Shown here: positions 55,160 through 62,722 of the stretch, in pieces
How the letters are laid out: each line of letters begins with the position of its first letter
Position numbering within the stretch: position 1 is the first letter of the stretch
Assembly: GCA_021738385.1 (NCBI GenBank)
Contig: JAIPCF010000001.1
Span: forward strand, 19,036-83,035
Origin: Sulfuritalea sp.
GTDB taxonomy: Bacteria; Pseudomonadota; Gammaproteobacteria; Burkholderiales; Rhodocyclaceae
DNA length: 64,000 nt
Reading direction: 5' to 3'
Notes under the pieces: generated by a model
Databases searched by the model: none
The model's input: the letters and a program-made list of their open reading frames with translations, nothing else
Told to the model about the DNA's origin: nothing
Program-made: the position numbers and the translations under genes

Positions 55160-56515
55160 ATGGGACGCAAGTATTTTGGCACCGACGGTATTCGTGGGCG
55201 TGTCGGTCAGGCACCGATCACACCGGAATTCGTAATGCGCCTGGGTTTTGCCGCGGGTTCGACGCTGGTCGCGGGGGACGGACTGCCCGCCAATGAACAT
55301 CCGGCGGTATTGATCGGCAAGGACACGCGAATTTCCGGCTACATGCTGGAAGCCGCGCTTGAGGCCGGGTTTTCCGCGGCAGGTGTCGATGTGATGCTTT
55401 GTGGGCCGATGCCGACGCCAGCTGTGGCTTATCTCACCCGCGCGCTGCGCCTGCAGGCCGGCGTGGTAATTTCGGCTTCGCACAATCCCTTCGACGACAA
55501 CGGCATCAAGTTTTTTTCGGCCCAGGGCACCAAGCTGCCGGACGACGTGGAACACGATATCGAGGCGCGGCTGGAACTGCCGATGGGCTGCATGGAGTCC
55601 GCCCGGCTCGGCAAGGCTCGTCGCGTGGATGACGCCGCCGGACGCTATATCGAATTTTGCAAGAGTACATTCCCCAATGATCGTGATCTGCGCGGTCTCA
55701 AGATTGTGGTGGACAGCGCACACGGTGCGGCCTATCACGTCGCACCCAACGTCTTTCATGAACTGGGTGCAGAAATAGTCGGCGTTGGCGATACGCCGAA
55801 TGGCTTGAACATCAATCAGGACGTCGGCGCCACGGCGCCCGAGGCGCTGCGACGCGCTGTCATGGAATCGAAGGCCGATCTGGGAATCGCTCTTGACGGC
55901 GATGGCGACCGCCTGGTGATGGTGGATGCCAATGGAGTTATCTACGACGGTGATCAGTTGCTTTACGTCATTGCCCGGCATCGCGCGCGGCGCAAGCCCG
56001 TTCCCGGTGTCGCTGGTACCTTGATGAGCAACCTCGGTTTCGAGCATGCGCTGGGGCGGCTGGGGATTACCTGCGGCCGCGCCAAGGTCGGCGACCGCTA
56101 CGTATTGGCATTGATGCAGGAGCGGGGCTGGACGCTGGGTGGCGAGAACTCTGGCCACATCATCTGCCTGGATCGACATACAACCGGTGACGGCATCATT
56201 GCTGCCTTGCAAGTGCTCGCAGCCTTGCGTGCGGATAAGGAAACCCTGGCCGAGGCATGCGCCGATTTGACGCTGTATCCGCAAAAGCTGATCAACCTGC
56301 GCATGCCGGCCGGTTTCGATTGGGCGTCACATGCGGGTATCCAAGAGGCAGTTCAGGCGGCGGAAGCAAAGCTTGACGACGGCGGGCGGGTGCTACTGCG
56401 TCCCTCCGGCACCGAGCCGTTGCTGCGAGTCATGGTCGAAGGGCGCGACGAGGTGTTGGTTTTGGAGCACGCCGAGGCCATTGCCACTGCAGTGAGACAA
56501 GCCTTCGGCGGGTAG
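55160..56515 (+). CDS. glmM: Phosphoglucosamine mutase
   Basis: FGTDG, SASHNP, DGDGDR, RPSGTEP. Confidence 0.98.
   Translation: MGRKYFGTDGIRGRVGQAPITPEFVMRLGFAAGSTLVAGDGLPANEHPAVLIGKDTRISGYMLEAALEAGFSAAGVDVMLCGPMPTPAVAYLTRALRLQAGVVISASHNPFDDNGIKFFSAQGTKLPDDVEHDIEARLELPMGCMESARLGKARRVDDAAGRYIEFCKSTFPNDRDLRGLKIVVDSAHGAAYHVAPNVFHELGAEIVGVGDTPNGLNINQDVGATAPEALRRAVMESKADLGIALDGDGDRLVMVDANGVIYDGDQLLYVIARHRARRKPVPGVAGTLMSNLGFEHALGRLGITCGRAKVGDRYVLALMQERGWTLGGENSGHIICLDRHTTGDGIIAALQVLAALRADKETLAEACADLTLYPQKLINLRMPAGFDWASHAGIQEAVQAAEAKLDDGGRVLLRPSGTEPLLRVMVEGRDEVLVLEHAEAIATAVRQAFGG
55774..55797 (+). repeat. Dispersed 24-bp motif copy 8 (in glmM)
   Basis: AATAGTCGGCGTTGGCGATACGCC; 2 mismatches. Confidence 0.8.
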
Positions 56516-56547
56516 ATTCGGCGCAGGGACATTCGCCGAAAAGCTGC

Positions 56548-57000
56548 TCAAGGGTTGTGCACCGCGCGCAGCACGGTCTGCGTTTCATCGTGTCGTACCC
56601 GATTGCTGAACCACCAGACTCCCGCTTTCTTGATGGTCCAGTCGGCCGGCGCGCCGGCCAGCAGTAATGCCGCCAGCCGCCCCAGTGCGGGTTGATGGCT
56701 GACCAGGATGATCGCGCCGGAATGGTCGGGCCAGTTTGCGGCGCCGAGCAAATCGGCGATGCCGGCATCGACACCCAATTGCGTCCTTATTTGTATCGGC
56801 AGGCTGAGCGTTTGCGCTGTCTGAACGGCACGTTTGTTTGGGCTAGACAACACTGTGACTTTTGGCAGACGCTGAAGACGCAGCCATTCAGCCGTTTGCC
56901 GCGCTTGCTGAAGCCCCCGTTTTGAGAGTCCCGGGTCGGTGGCGGCGGCCGGGTCGCCACCCTCTTTTGCCTCGGCATGGCGCCACAGTATCAAATCCAC
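56548..57000 (-). CDS. sixA: SixA-like histidine phosphatase, copy 1
   Basis: LILWRHAEA, SSP..RAVQTA, VSHQP. Confidence 0.88.
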   Translation of the reverse strand: MDLILWRHAEAKEGGDPAAATDPGLSKRGLQQARQTAEWLRLQRLPKVTVLSSPNKRAVQTAQTLSLPIQIRTQLGVDAGIADLLGAANWPDHSGAIILVSHQPALGRLAALLLAGAPADWTIKKAGVWWFSNRVRHDETQTVLRAVHNP

Positions 57001-57027
57001 GTTTTGCTCCAGATGTGTGAGGCGGCG

Positions 57028-57061
57028 AGTTTAGGTTATGTGCATGACAGCGCCGTGACGG
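57028..57061 (-). promoter_or_regulatory. Pho-box promoter upstream of sixA copy 1
   Basis: CCGTCAC-N4-CTGTCAT-N10-TAAACT (11-bp repeat units, 10 bp to the -10). Confidence 0.75.
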
Positions 57062-57074
57062 TGAGGCGCACCGC

Positions 57075-58961
57075 TTACACCGAAGGGCACAGCCGCGCTG
57101 TTGAAAAACTCGGCGCTGGCGACACGGCGTCGATTTGCTGTTTTGTCTCCGCGGGAGGGATACCGGCGCCATGCTGGCGGCGTTCGACAAACAAGGCACT
57201 TCCCGGGATGCGCTTTGCCTCCTTTTTTACCTCGCTGAGCGCGGCAGAAACTTCGTGGTGACTGGCGAAATTTCCTGCTTCAACGATCACGCAGCCAATC
57301 GATAGCGCCGGCAGCGGATGGAACACATGTTGCCCCCGCCTGTCCTCGCCAGAGTAGCCGCCGGTGGCCAGATGCTCCGCTTTGACCCGCTGTTTTAGAG
57401 AACTGTCGAAGTCCTTCAGGACGCGCTGCAAGCGCATTTCCCAATCGTGGCTTTGCATCAGCACGATGAAGTCATCGCCGCCGACATGGCCGACAAAATC
57501 CTGGTGATCGGCTGTCGAATCGGTGAGGATGGTTCCCAACTGCTGAATCATCTGGTCGCCACAGCGGTAGCCGTAGGCATCGTTGTAAGGCTTGAAGTGA
57601 TCGAGGTCGCAGTAGGCTGCCACAAAGTCGTGTTCCGACTCGATCAGCCGATCCATCTGTTCGTTGATTGGTACGTTGCCGGGCAGTTGGGTCAGCGGAT
57701 TGGCGTAGCGGGCGGCACGGATCTGCATGTCGGTGATGATGGTCATCAATTCGCGCAAAAAACCGACGCCGCGAAAACGACCCTCGCAGGTAATCACGAA
57801 ACAATCGGAAATTTCCGTACCACGCTGGCTGCCGATGGTCTGCGCGACTTCCTGCACACTCTGCGCCTCATCCACCAGTAGCGCCGGGTCCATGACCATG
57901 GTGCAGGAGCGTTTGCCATAGAGTTCCCGACGATAGGGCCGCGCAAAGCGGTCGATCAAAGTACTGCGCGTGATCAGCCCCAGCGGCATTCCGCTGTCGA
58001 CGACCGCGACGATATTGAGCGCCGGTTGATGCTCGAAGATGCGGTAGATGGTGTCGTTGTCTGCGTTTGGCGATACTGTGGGCACTTCGTGCAAAAGTTG
58101 GTCGATGCGCGGCATCTGGCGATCCGTCCGTGGACGCGAAGGCAGCATCAGCGACCCGCTATCATCGGCTGAGGGTACAGCGACAGGCGGCAAGGTGGCG
58201 ACGCTTCTATTCGGGCGGGCGATGCCGAAGCCCTGCAGATAGGGAATGCCGAGCTCGCGCAAGACGGCCAGTTGCGCTTCGGTTTCCACTCCTTCGGCGA
58301 TCAGCGCGCTGCCGCAGGCGTCGGCGATCTCATGCATGGCGCGCACGAAGTGCAGCTTGAGCGGGTCGCTGTCGATGCCGTCAATGAAGTGGCGGTCGAT
58401 TTTCACGAACTCCGGCCGCACCTCCGACCACATGCGCAGATTGGAAAATCCCTCACCCATGTCGTCCATGGCGATCTGCATGCCGATACTGCGAAATTCC
58501 TTCAAGGTTTCCTGCAGATCGGAAAAGTCAGTGACTGATTCATTCTCGGTCAACTCAATAACTATCCGCGACGGCGGTACGCCAAGCCGGAGCAGGTCAT
58601 GGCGCACAGCCACCAGGCGTTTGCGGCTGGCGTGCAAACAGCCGATGCTCATGTTCACGAAAAGTCTCTGAGCGCAGTGCTGCTCGGCGAACTGCAGGAT
58701 CGCGGTTTCGACGGCCAGCCATTCCAGTTCGTGCGTGCAGTTTTCCATGGCCGCCGCCGCAAACAATGCCGCGGGGGTATGCAGTTCGGAATTCTCCGGG
58801 CCGCGCAGCAGCGCCTCGAAGGCAAAATAGCGTCCCTGACGCTGATCGAGGATGGGCTGGTACACGGCATGCAGACCGCGATCGTCCATCAGGTCGCGCA
58901 GCGACCGACTGAAGGGGCTTGCATTGGCAGCATTCTTCTGGCCTTGCTTGTGAAAGTTCAT
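57075..58961 (-). CDS. EAL-CBS-GGDEF protein, copy 1
   Basis: EALLR, IELTE, DDMGEG, AEGVET; CBS-like middle; ANPLTQLPGN and GGDDF. Confidence 0.92.
   Translation of the reverse strand: MNFHKQGQKNAANASPFSRSLRDLMDDRGLHAVYQPILDQRQGRYFAFEALLRGPENSELHTPAALFAAAAMENCTHELEWLAVETAILQFAEQHCAQRLFVNMSIGCLHASRKRLVAVRHDLLRLGVPPSRIVIELTENESVTDFSDLQETLKEFRSIGMQIAMDDMGEGFSNLRMWSEVRPEFVKIDRHFIDGIDSDPLKLHFVRAMHEIADACGSALIAEGVETEAQLAVLRELGIPYLQGFGIARPNRSVATLPPVAVPSADDSGSLMLPSRPRTDRQMPRIDQLLHEVPTVSPNADNDTIYRIFEHQPALNIVAVVDSGMPLGLITRSTLIDRFARPYRRELYGKRSCTMVMDPALLVDEAQSVQEVAQTIGSQRGTEISDCFVITCEGRFRGVGFLRELMTIITDMQIRAARYANPLTQLPGNVPINEQMDRLIESEHDFVAAYCDLDHFKPYNDAYGYRCGDQMIQQLGTILTDSTADHQDFVGHVGGDDFIVLMQSHDWEMRLQRVLKDFDSSLKQRVKAEHLATGGYSGEDRRGQHVFHPLPALSIGCVIVEAGNFASHHEVSAALSEVKKEAKRIPGSALFVERRQHGAGIPPAETKQQIDAVSPAPSFSTARLCPSV
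57105..57128 (+). repeat. Dispersed 24-bp motif copy 9 (in EAL copy 1 C-terminal tail, antisense)
   Basis: AAAACTCGGCGCTGGCGACACGGC; 0 mismatches. Confidence 0.92.
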
Positions 58962-59027
58962 GGTGTTGTTACCTTATGGATAAGTGGAGCCTGCAGCCGC
59001 CGTATCGCCGGGCCGGTGTGATTGCCT

Positions 59028-59417
59028 TCATTCCGCACTGACGATGGTGCGGAACTGCAGATAGGGGTGTTCGTCACGCAGGTCCAGGCCGAAATCCCGC
59101 GCCAGTTCATCCCCGGCCGAATGACGCCAGACCACGGCGATCGACAGACCGGCTCTGGCCCTTTGGTCGAGCATTTTGAACAAGGAGCGAACAAGGGTTG
59201 CGCTGGACCGGCTAAAGTAGCGCAGGCCGACGCTGACCTCGATCCGGCTTTCGGCGGGTAGTGTCTGCAGATAGTCGTGCAGGCTCGGCTGCAACGGGCC
59301 ATAAATACTCATGGCATTGCACGGAAAAGATGCACCGTGCACGCCGAGACGATGCCTGGAATACTCGAAGCGGATGGCGGGTGTCTCAGCCCCGGCCGGG
59401 ATGTGCAGATCTTCCAT
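59028..59417 (-). CDS. SiaC-family (DUF1987) regulatory protein
   Basis: MEDLHIP..TPAI, G.SFP.N, LRYFSRSS align by eye to P. aeruginosa SiaC (MSDLHIP..TPAI, GDSYPEN, LLYLNTSS); aaggag RBS before ATG 59417. Confidence 0.8.
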   Translation of the reverse strand: MEDLHIPAGAETPAIRFEYSRHRLGVHGASFPCNAMSIYGPLQPSLHDYLQTLPAESRIEVSVGLRYFSRSSATLVRSLFKMLDQRARAGLSIAVVWRHSAGDELARDFGLDLRDEHPYLQFRTIVSAE

Positions 59418-59541
59418 GAATCGCGGCTCCTTTTTCACTGGTTTGGCTCGGCCCCCGATTGATGCGGGCCGACGCGGGGACAAGCGTTTACGTAGCTGCA
59501 CGGTAACCAAGGTCGACCGGGCGGGGTGGTTGGAATCGCTC

Positions 59542-59586
59542 ATCTTGGGCGCGAAGCGTTACAGGTCGATAACGAAAATGTTGCAG
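59542..59586 (-). promoter_or_regulatory. Pho-box-like promoter upstream of the SiaC-like gene
   Basis: CTGCAAC-N4-TCGTTAT-N4-CTGTAAC-N10-CAAGAT. Confidence 0.6.
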
Positions 59587-59657
59587 CGCGGTAGCCTAGC
59601 CGCAAAGGCTCCAGGCTCCTCCAATGCGCGAACCAACTTTCATGCCAAAAACCTCAC

Positions 59658-59775
59658 TCAACGCAGAGATCGCTGGGAACGCAGAGAAAATCAGAGAAAA
59701 AGCAGAGCGTTGCAGAGCAATCCGGGCTCAACCATCGGGTGATTGTCGAGAATTTCCCTGCGCCCTCTGCGTTGA
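59658..59775. repeat. MITE/REP-like element with 11-bp terminal inverted repeats
   Basis: TCAACGCAGAG (59658-59668) / CTCTGCGTTGA (59765-59775), internal GCAGAG iterations. Confidence 0.6.
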
Positions 59776-59810
59776 AAGCAGTTTGAACTGAGTTTTCTAA
59801 ACTTATTACA

Positions 59811-60263
59811 TCAAGGGTTGCGCACCGCGCGCAGGATGGTCTGGGTTTCGTCGTGGCGCACGCGGTTGGTGAACCACCAGATGCCGCCCTTCTTGATGGT
59901 CCAGTCGGCTTCGGTGCCGGCCAGTAGCAGCGAGGCCAGTCTTCCCAGCGCCGGTTGATGGCTGACCAGGACGATTGCGCCGGGGTGATCCGGCCAGTCG
60001 GCGGCACCCAGTAGGTCGGCAACACTGGCGCCCACGCCGAGTTGGGGTTTGATCTTGATCGGCAGGCGAAGTGTTTCGGCGGTCTGCACGGCGCGTTTGG
60101 CGGGACTCGACAGTACCGCAACGCTTCTGAGCGGCTGGTGACGCAGCCATTCCGCCATCTCCCCGGCCTGGTGTTTCCCCCGGCCGGTAAGTTCCCGATC
60201 GGCATCGGCTATCGGGCCGGCCGCATCCTTTGCATCGGCATGGCGCCACAATATCAAATCCAC
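59811..60263 (-). CDS. sixA: SixA-like histidine phosphatase, copy 2
   Basis: LILWRHADA, RAVQTA, VSHQP; clear paralogue of 56548-57000; GTG start at 60263. Confidence 0.88.
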   Translation of the reverse strand: MDLILWRHADAKDAAGPIADADRELTGRGKHQAGEMAEWLRHQPLRSVAVLSSPAKRAVQTAETLRLPIKIKPQLGVGASVADLLGAADWPDHPGAIVLVSHQPALGRLASLLLAGTEADWTIKKGGIWWFTNRVRHDETQTILRAVRNP

Positions 60264-60291
60264 ATCGTGTGTCCGCTTGAGAGAGGCCGGC

Positions 60292-60325
60292 AGCTTAGGC
60301 CATGTCTGTGACGCCAGCATTACAG
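60292..60325 (-). promoter_or_regulatory. Pho-box promoter upstream of sixA copy 2
   Basis: CTGTAAT-N4-GCGTCAC-N10-TAAGCT. Confidence 0.72.
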
Positions 60326-60365
60326 CCGGGACTGGCCGCACCGCGCCGCGAGGAAGCGACCCGAC

Positions 60366-60389
60366 AAAAGTCGGCGCTGGCGATACGGC
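60366..60389 (+). repeat. Dispersed 24-bp motif copy 10 (intergenic)
   Basis: AAAAGTCGGCGCTGGCGATACGGC; 0 mismatches. Confidence 0.92.
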
Positions 60390-60409
60390 ACCCGGAAGCA
60401 TGCGATGGC

Positions 60410-62230
60410 TTACCGAGTACCCTGGATTTGATATCTGCGTCGCTCGACGAACAGCGCGCTGCCGGGGAGTCGCTTGGCTTCCTTCTTTGCTTCGCTGAGA
60501 GCGGCGGAAACCTCATGGTGGCTGGTGAAGGCGCCCGACTGCACCATCACACAGCCGATCGACAGCGCCGGCAGTGGATGAAAGACCGCGCCACCCAGTC
60601 TGTCCTCACCGCAATAGCCGCCAGCGGCGATATGCATGGGGTCGGTCACATGTTCCGACAGCGCTGCATCGAAATCGCTCAGGATGCGCCGCAGGCGCGC
60701 CTCCCAGTCCTGGCTTTGCAGCAGCACGATGAAATCGTCGCCGCCGACATGGCCGACGAAATCCTGTTGATCGGCGACCGCCTCGCTGAGGAGGGTTCCC
60801 AACTGCTGGATCATCTGGTCGCCGCAGCGGTAGCCGTAGGCATCGTTGTAGGGCTTGAAGTGATCGAGATCGCAATAGGCTGCCACAAAATCGTGTTTCG
60901 ACTCGATCAGGCGATCCATCTGCTCGTTGATCGGCACGTTGCCGGGCAACTGGGTCAGTGGATTGGCATAGCGCGCGGCGCGGATCTGCATGTCGGTGAT
61001 GACCGCCATCAGTTCACGCAGAAACGCGACACCGCGATAGTGGCCTTCGCGGGTGATCAAGAAGCTGTCACAGACCTCCGTGCCACGCAGACCACCGATG
61101 ACCTGGGCAACTTCCTGGACGCTTTGTGCTTCGTCGAACAACAGCGGTCGGTCCATGATCATGGTGCAGGGACGTTTGCCATAGAGCTCGCGGCGGAACG
61201 GGCGGGCAAAGCGGTCGATCAGCGCGCTGCGCGTGATGATCCCCACTGGCTGCCCATTGGCAACCACCGGCAGGATGTTGAGCGCGGGTTGATGTTCGAA
61301 GATGCGAAAGACATCGTCGTTGTCGGTATCGGGAGAAACTGAAAGCATTTCGTGCAGGATCTGATCGATGCGCGGCATGCGCCGTTCAGGGCGTGGACAC
61401 GAAGGCAATACGAGGATGCTGTCGTTCGCCACCGTCGCCGTCGGATGGGCGCTGTGTGACAGGGAGGGAATGACGCGGCTTGGTCGAGCGACGCCGAAGC
61501 CCTGCAGGTAGGGGATGCCGAGGTCGCGCAGCACTGCGAGTTGCGCGCCGGTTTCCACGCCTTTTGCAATCAGGGCACTGCCGCAGGCATCGGCGATCTC
61601 GTGCATGGCGCGCACGAAATGCAGCTTGAGCGGATCGGTGTCGATGCCGGAAACGAAGTGGCGGTCGATCTTGACAAAATCCGGGCGCACCTCCGACCAC
61701 ATGCGCAGATTGGAAAATCCCTCACCAATGTCATCCATCGCGATCTGGATGCCAATCTGGCGAAATTCCTGGAGCGCATCCTGCAGATCGGCGAAATCGA
61801 TCACTGATCCGTTTTTTGTCAGCTCGATGGCGATCCGTGACGGCGGTACGCCGAGTCGCAGCAGATCGTGGCGCATCGCAGCCAGTCGCTTGCGGCTGGC
61901 GTGCAGGCAGCCAAGACTCATGTTGACGAAGAGCCGCGCCGCACAATCCTGCTCGGCGAATTGCTGGATGGCGATTTCCAATGCGAGCCATTCGAGTTCG
62001 TGCGTGCATTGCCCCGCCGCCGCCGCCGCGAACAGTTGCGCCGGCGAATGCAGCGTGGAGCCTTCCGGTCCGCGTATCAGTGCTTCGCAGGCGAAATAAC
62101 ACTCCTGGCGGATGTCGAGGATGGGCTGATACACCGCATGCAGGCCACGATTCTGCATCAACTCCTGCAGCATGCGACTGTGCGGGCCGGCGTCGGCGCG
62201 GGCCTTGTCTTCCTGGCGGTAAGTGTTCAT
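60410..62230 (-). CDS. EAL-CBS-GGDEF protein, copy 2 (degenerate EAL)
   Basis: Paralogue of 57075-58961; EALIR but IELTK and AKGVET; GGDDF. Confidence 0.92.
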   Translation of the reverse strand: MNTYRQEDKARADAGPHSRMLQELMQNRGLHAVYQPILDIRQECYFACEALIRGPEGSTLHSPAQLFAAAAAGQCTHELEWLALEIAIQQFAEQDCAARLFVNMSLGCLHASRKRLAAMRHDLLRLGVPPSRIAIELTKNGSVIDFADLQDALQEFRQIGIQIAMDDIGEGFSNLRMWSEVRPDFVKIDRHFVSGIDTDPLKLHFVRAMHEIADACGSALIAKGVETGAQLAVLRDLGIPYLQGFGVARPSRVIPSLSHSAHPTATVANDSILVLPSCPRPERRMPRIDQILHEMLSVSPDTDNDDVFRIFEHQPALNILPVVANGQPVGIITRSALIDRFARPFRRELYGKRPCTMIMDRPLLFDEAQSVQEVAQVIGGLRGTEVCDSFLITREGHYRGVAFLRELMAVITDMQIRAARYANPLTQLPGNVPINEQMDRLIESKHDFVAAYCDLDHFKPYNDAYGYRCGDQMIQQLGTLLSEAVADQQDFVGHVGGDDFIVLLQSQDWEARLRRILSDFDAALSEHVTDPMHIAAGGYCGEDRLGGAVFHPLPALSIGCVMVQSGAFTSHHEVSAALSEAKKEAKRLPGSALFVERRRYQIQGTR

Positions 62231-62284
62231 GGTGTCCTAGCCTTTCTGGTTGCTGCGCCCAGCACCGACAGGGTCGCCGGGTAT

Positions 62285-62431
62285 CTAGCCGCCATGGGGG
62301 CGACCGGGCCCGCGCCAGCGCGAGCGCAACAGGGCCAGCAACTCGATCACCCCCCAGAGCAGCGTGCTGCCGAGGGCCAGCGCGGGACGAGTGATTGAGC
62401 GTCGCATCGGAAAAGCCGGTGGATAGGGCAT
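62285..62431 (-). CDS. Small putative membrane protein, 48 aa (not in ORF track)
   Basis: MPYPPAFPMRRSITRPALALGSTLLWGVIELLALLRSRWRGPGRPHGG; one hydrophobic helix flanked by basic residues; co-oriented with EAL copy 2. Confidence 0.55.
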   Translation of the reverse strand: MPYPPAFPMRRSITRPALALGSTLLWGVIELLALLRSRWRGPGRPHGG

Positions 62432-62452
62432 GGCAGGAAGATGGATTTGCCT

Positions 62453-62542
62453 TCAGAAATCGTCGATCAGCCCGATCATCATCCACGGGTCATCGAAAAG
62501 ACGGGCGATGTTGTAGAAAAGTCGATCGATCTGGGATTTCAT
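62453..62542 (-). CDS. Small protein, 29 aa (not in ORF track)
   Basis: MKSQIDRLFYNIARLFDDPWMMIGLIDDF; gaggga RBS; first ORF after a Pho-box-like promoter. Confidence 0.5.
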   Translation of the reverse strand: MKSQIDRLFYNIARLFDDPWMMIGLIDDF

Positions 62543-62574
62543 GATGGCTTCCCTCGCAGGGCGTGAGGATGCAA

Positions 62575-62619
62575 AGGGTAGCGGGACTGCGTTTCAGGGA
62601 GTTTTCATTTGGATGACAA
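62575..62619 (-). promoter_or_regulatory. Pho-box-like promoter upstream of the sORF-sORF-EAL copy 2 unit
   Basis: TTGTCAT-N4-ATGAAAA-N4-CTGAAAC-N10-TACCCT. Confidence 0.55.
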
Positions 62620-62722
62620 AGCCGCGAAACCTCACAAAATGGGCCCTGCACGAGAAATAATCCGTCCCCGCATGCGCTATCCTCTCGCCGGCATGCGTTT
62701 TGCGTGCGTCAGGACCATCGCG

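Noticed and set aside
58999-59020. Half match to the motif (gccgtatcgccgggccgg)
   Set aside because: Only 11 bp match and a gap is needed; possibly a decayed copy but not supportable.
19395-59645. Shared 11-mer AACTTTCATGC preceding both REP/MITE-like elements
   Set aside because: Only two occurrences of a short word, and the downstream elements are unrelated; could be chance.
6449-60389. Reading the 24-bp motif as CRISPR repeats, integron attC sites or IS ends
   Set aside because: Copies are kilobases apart, mostly intragenic, non-palindromic and unpaired, and no cas, integrase or transposase gene is present.
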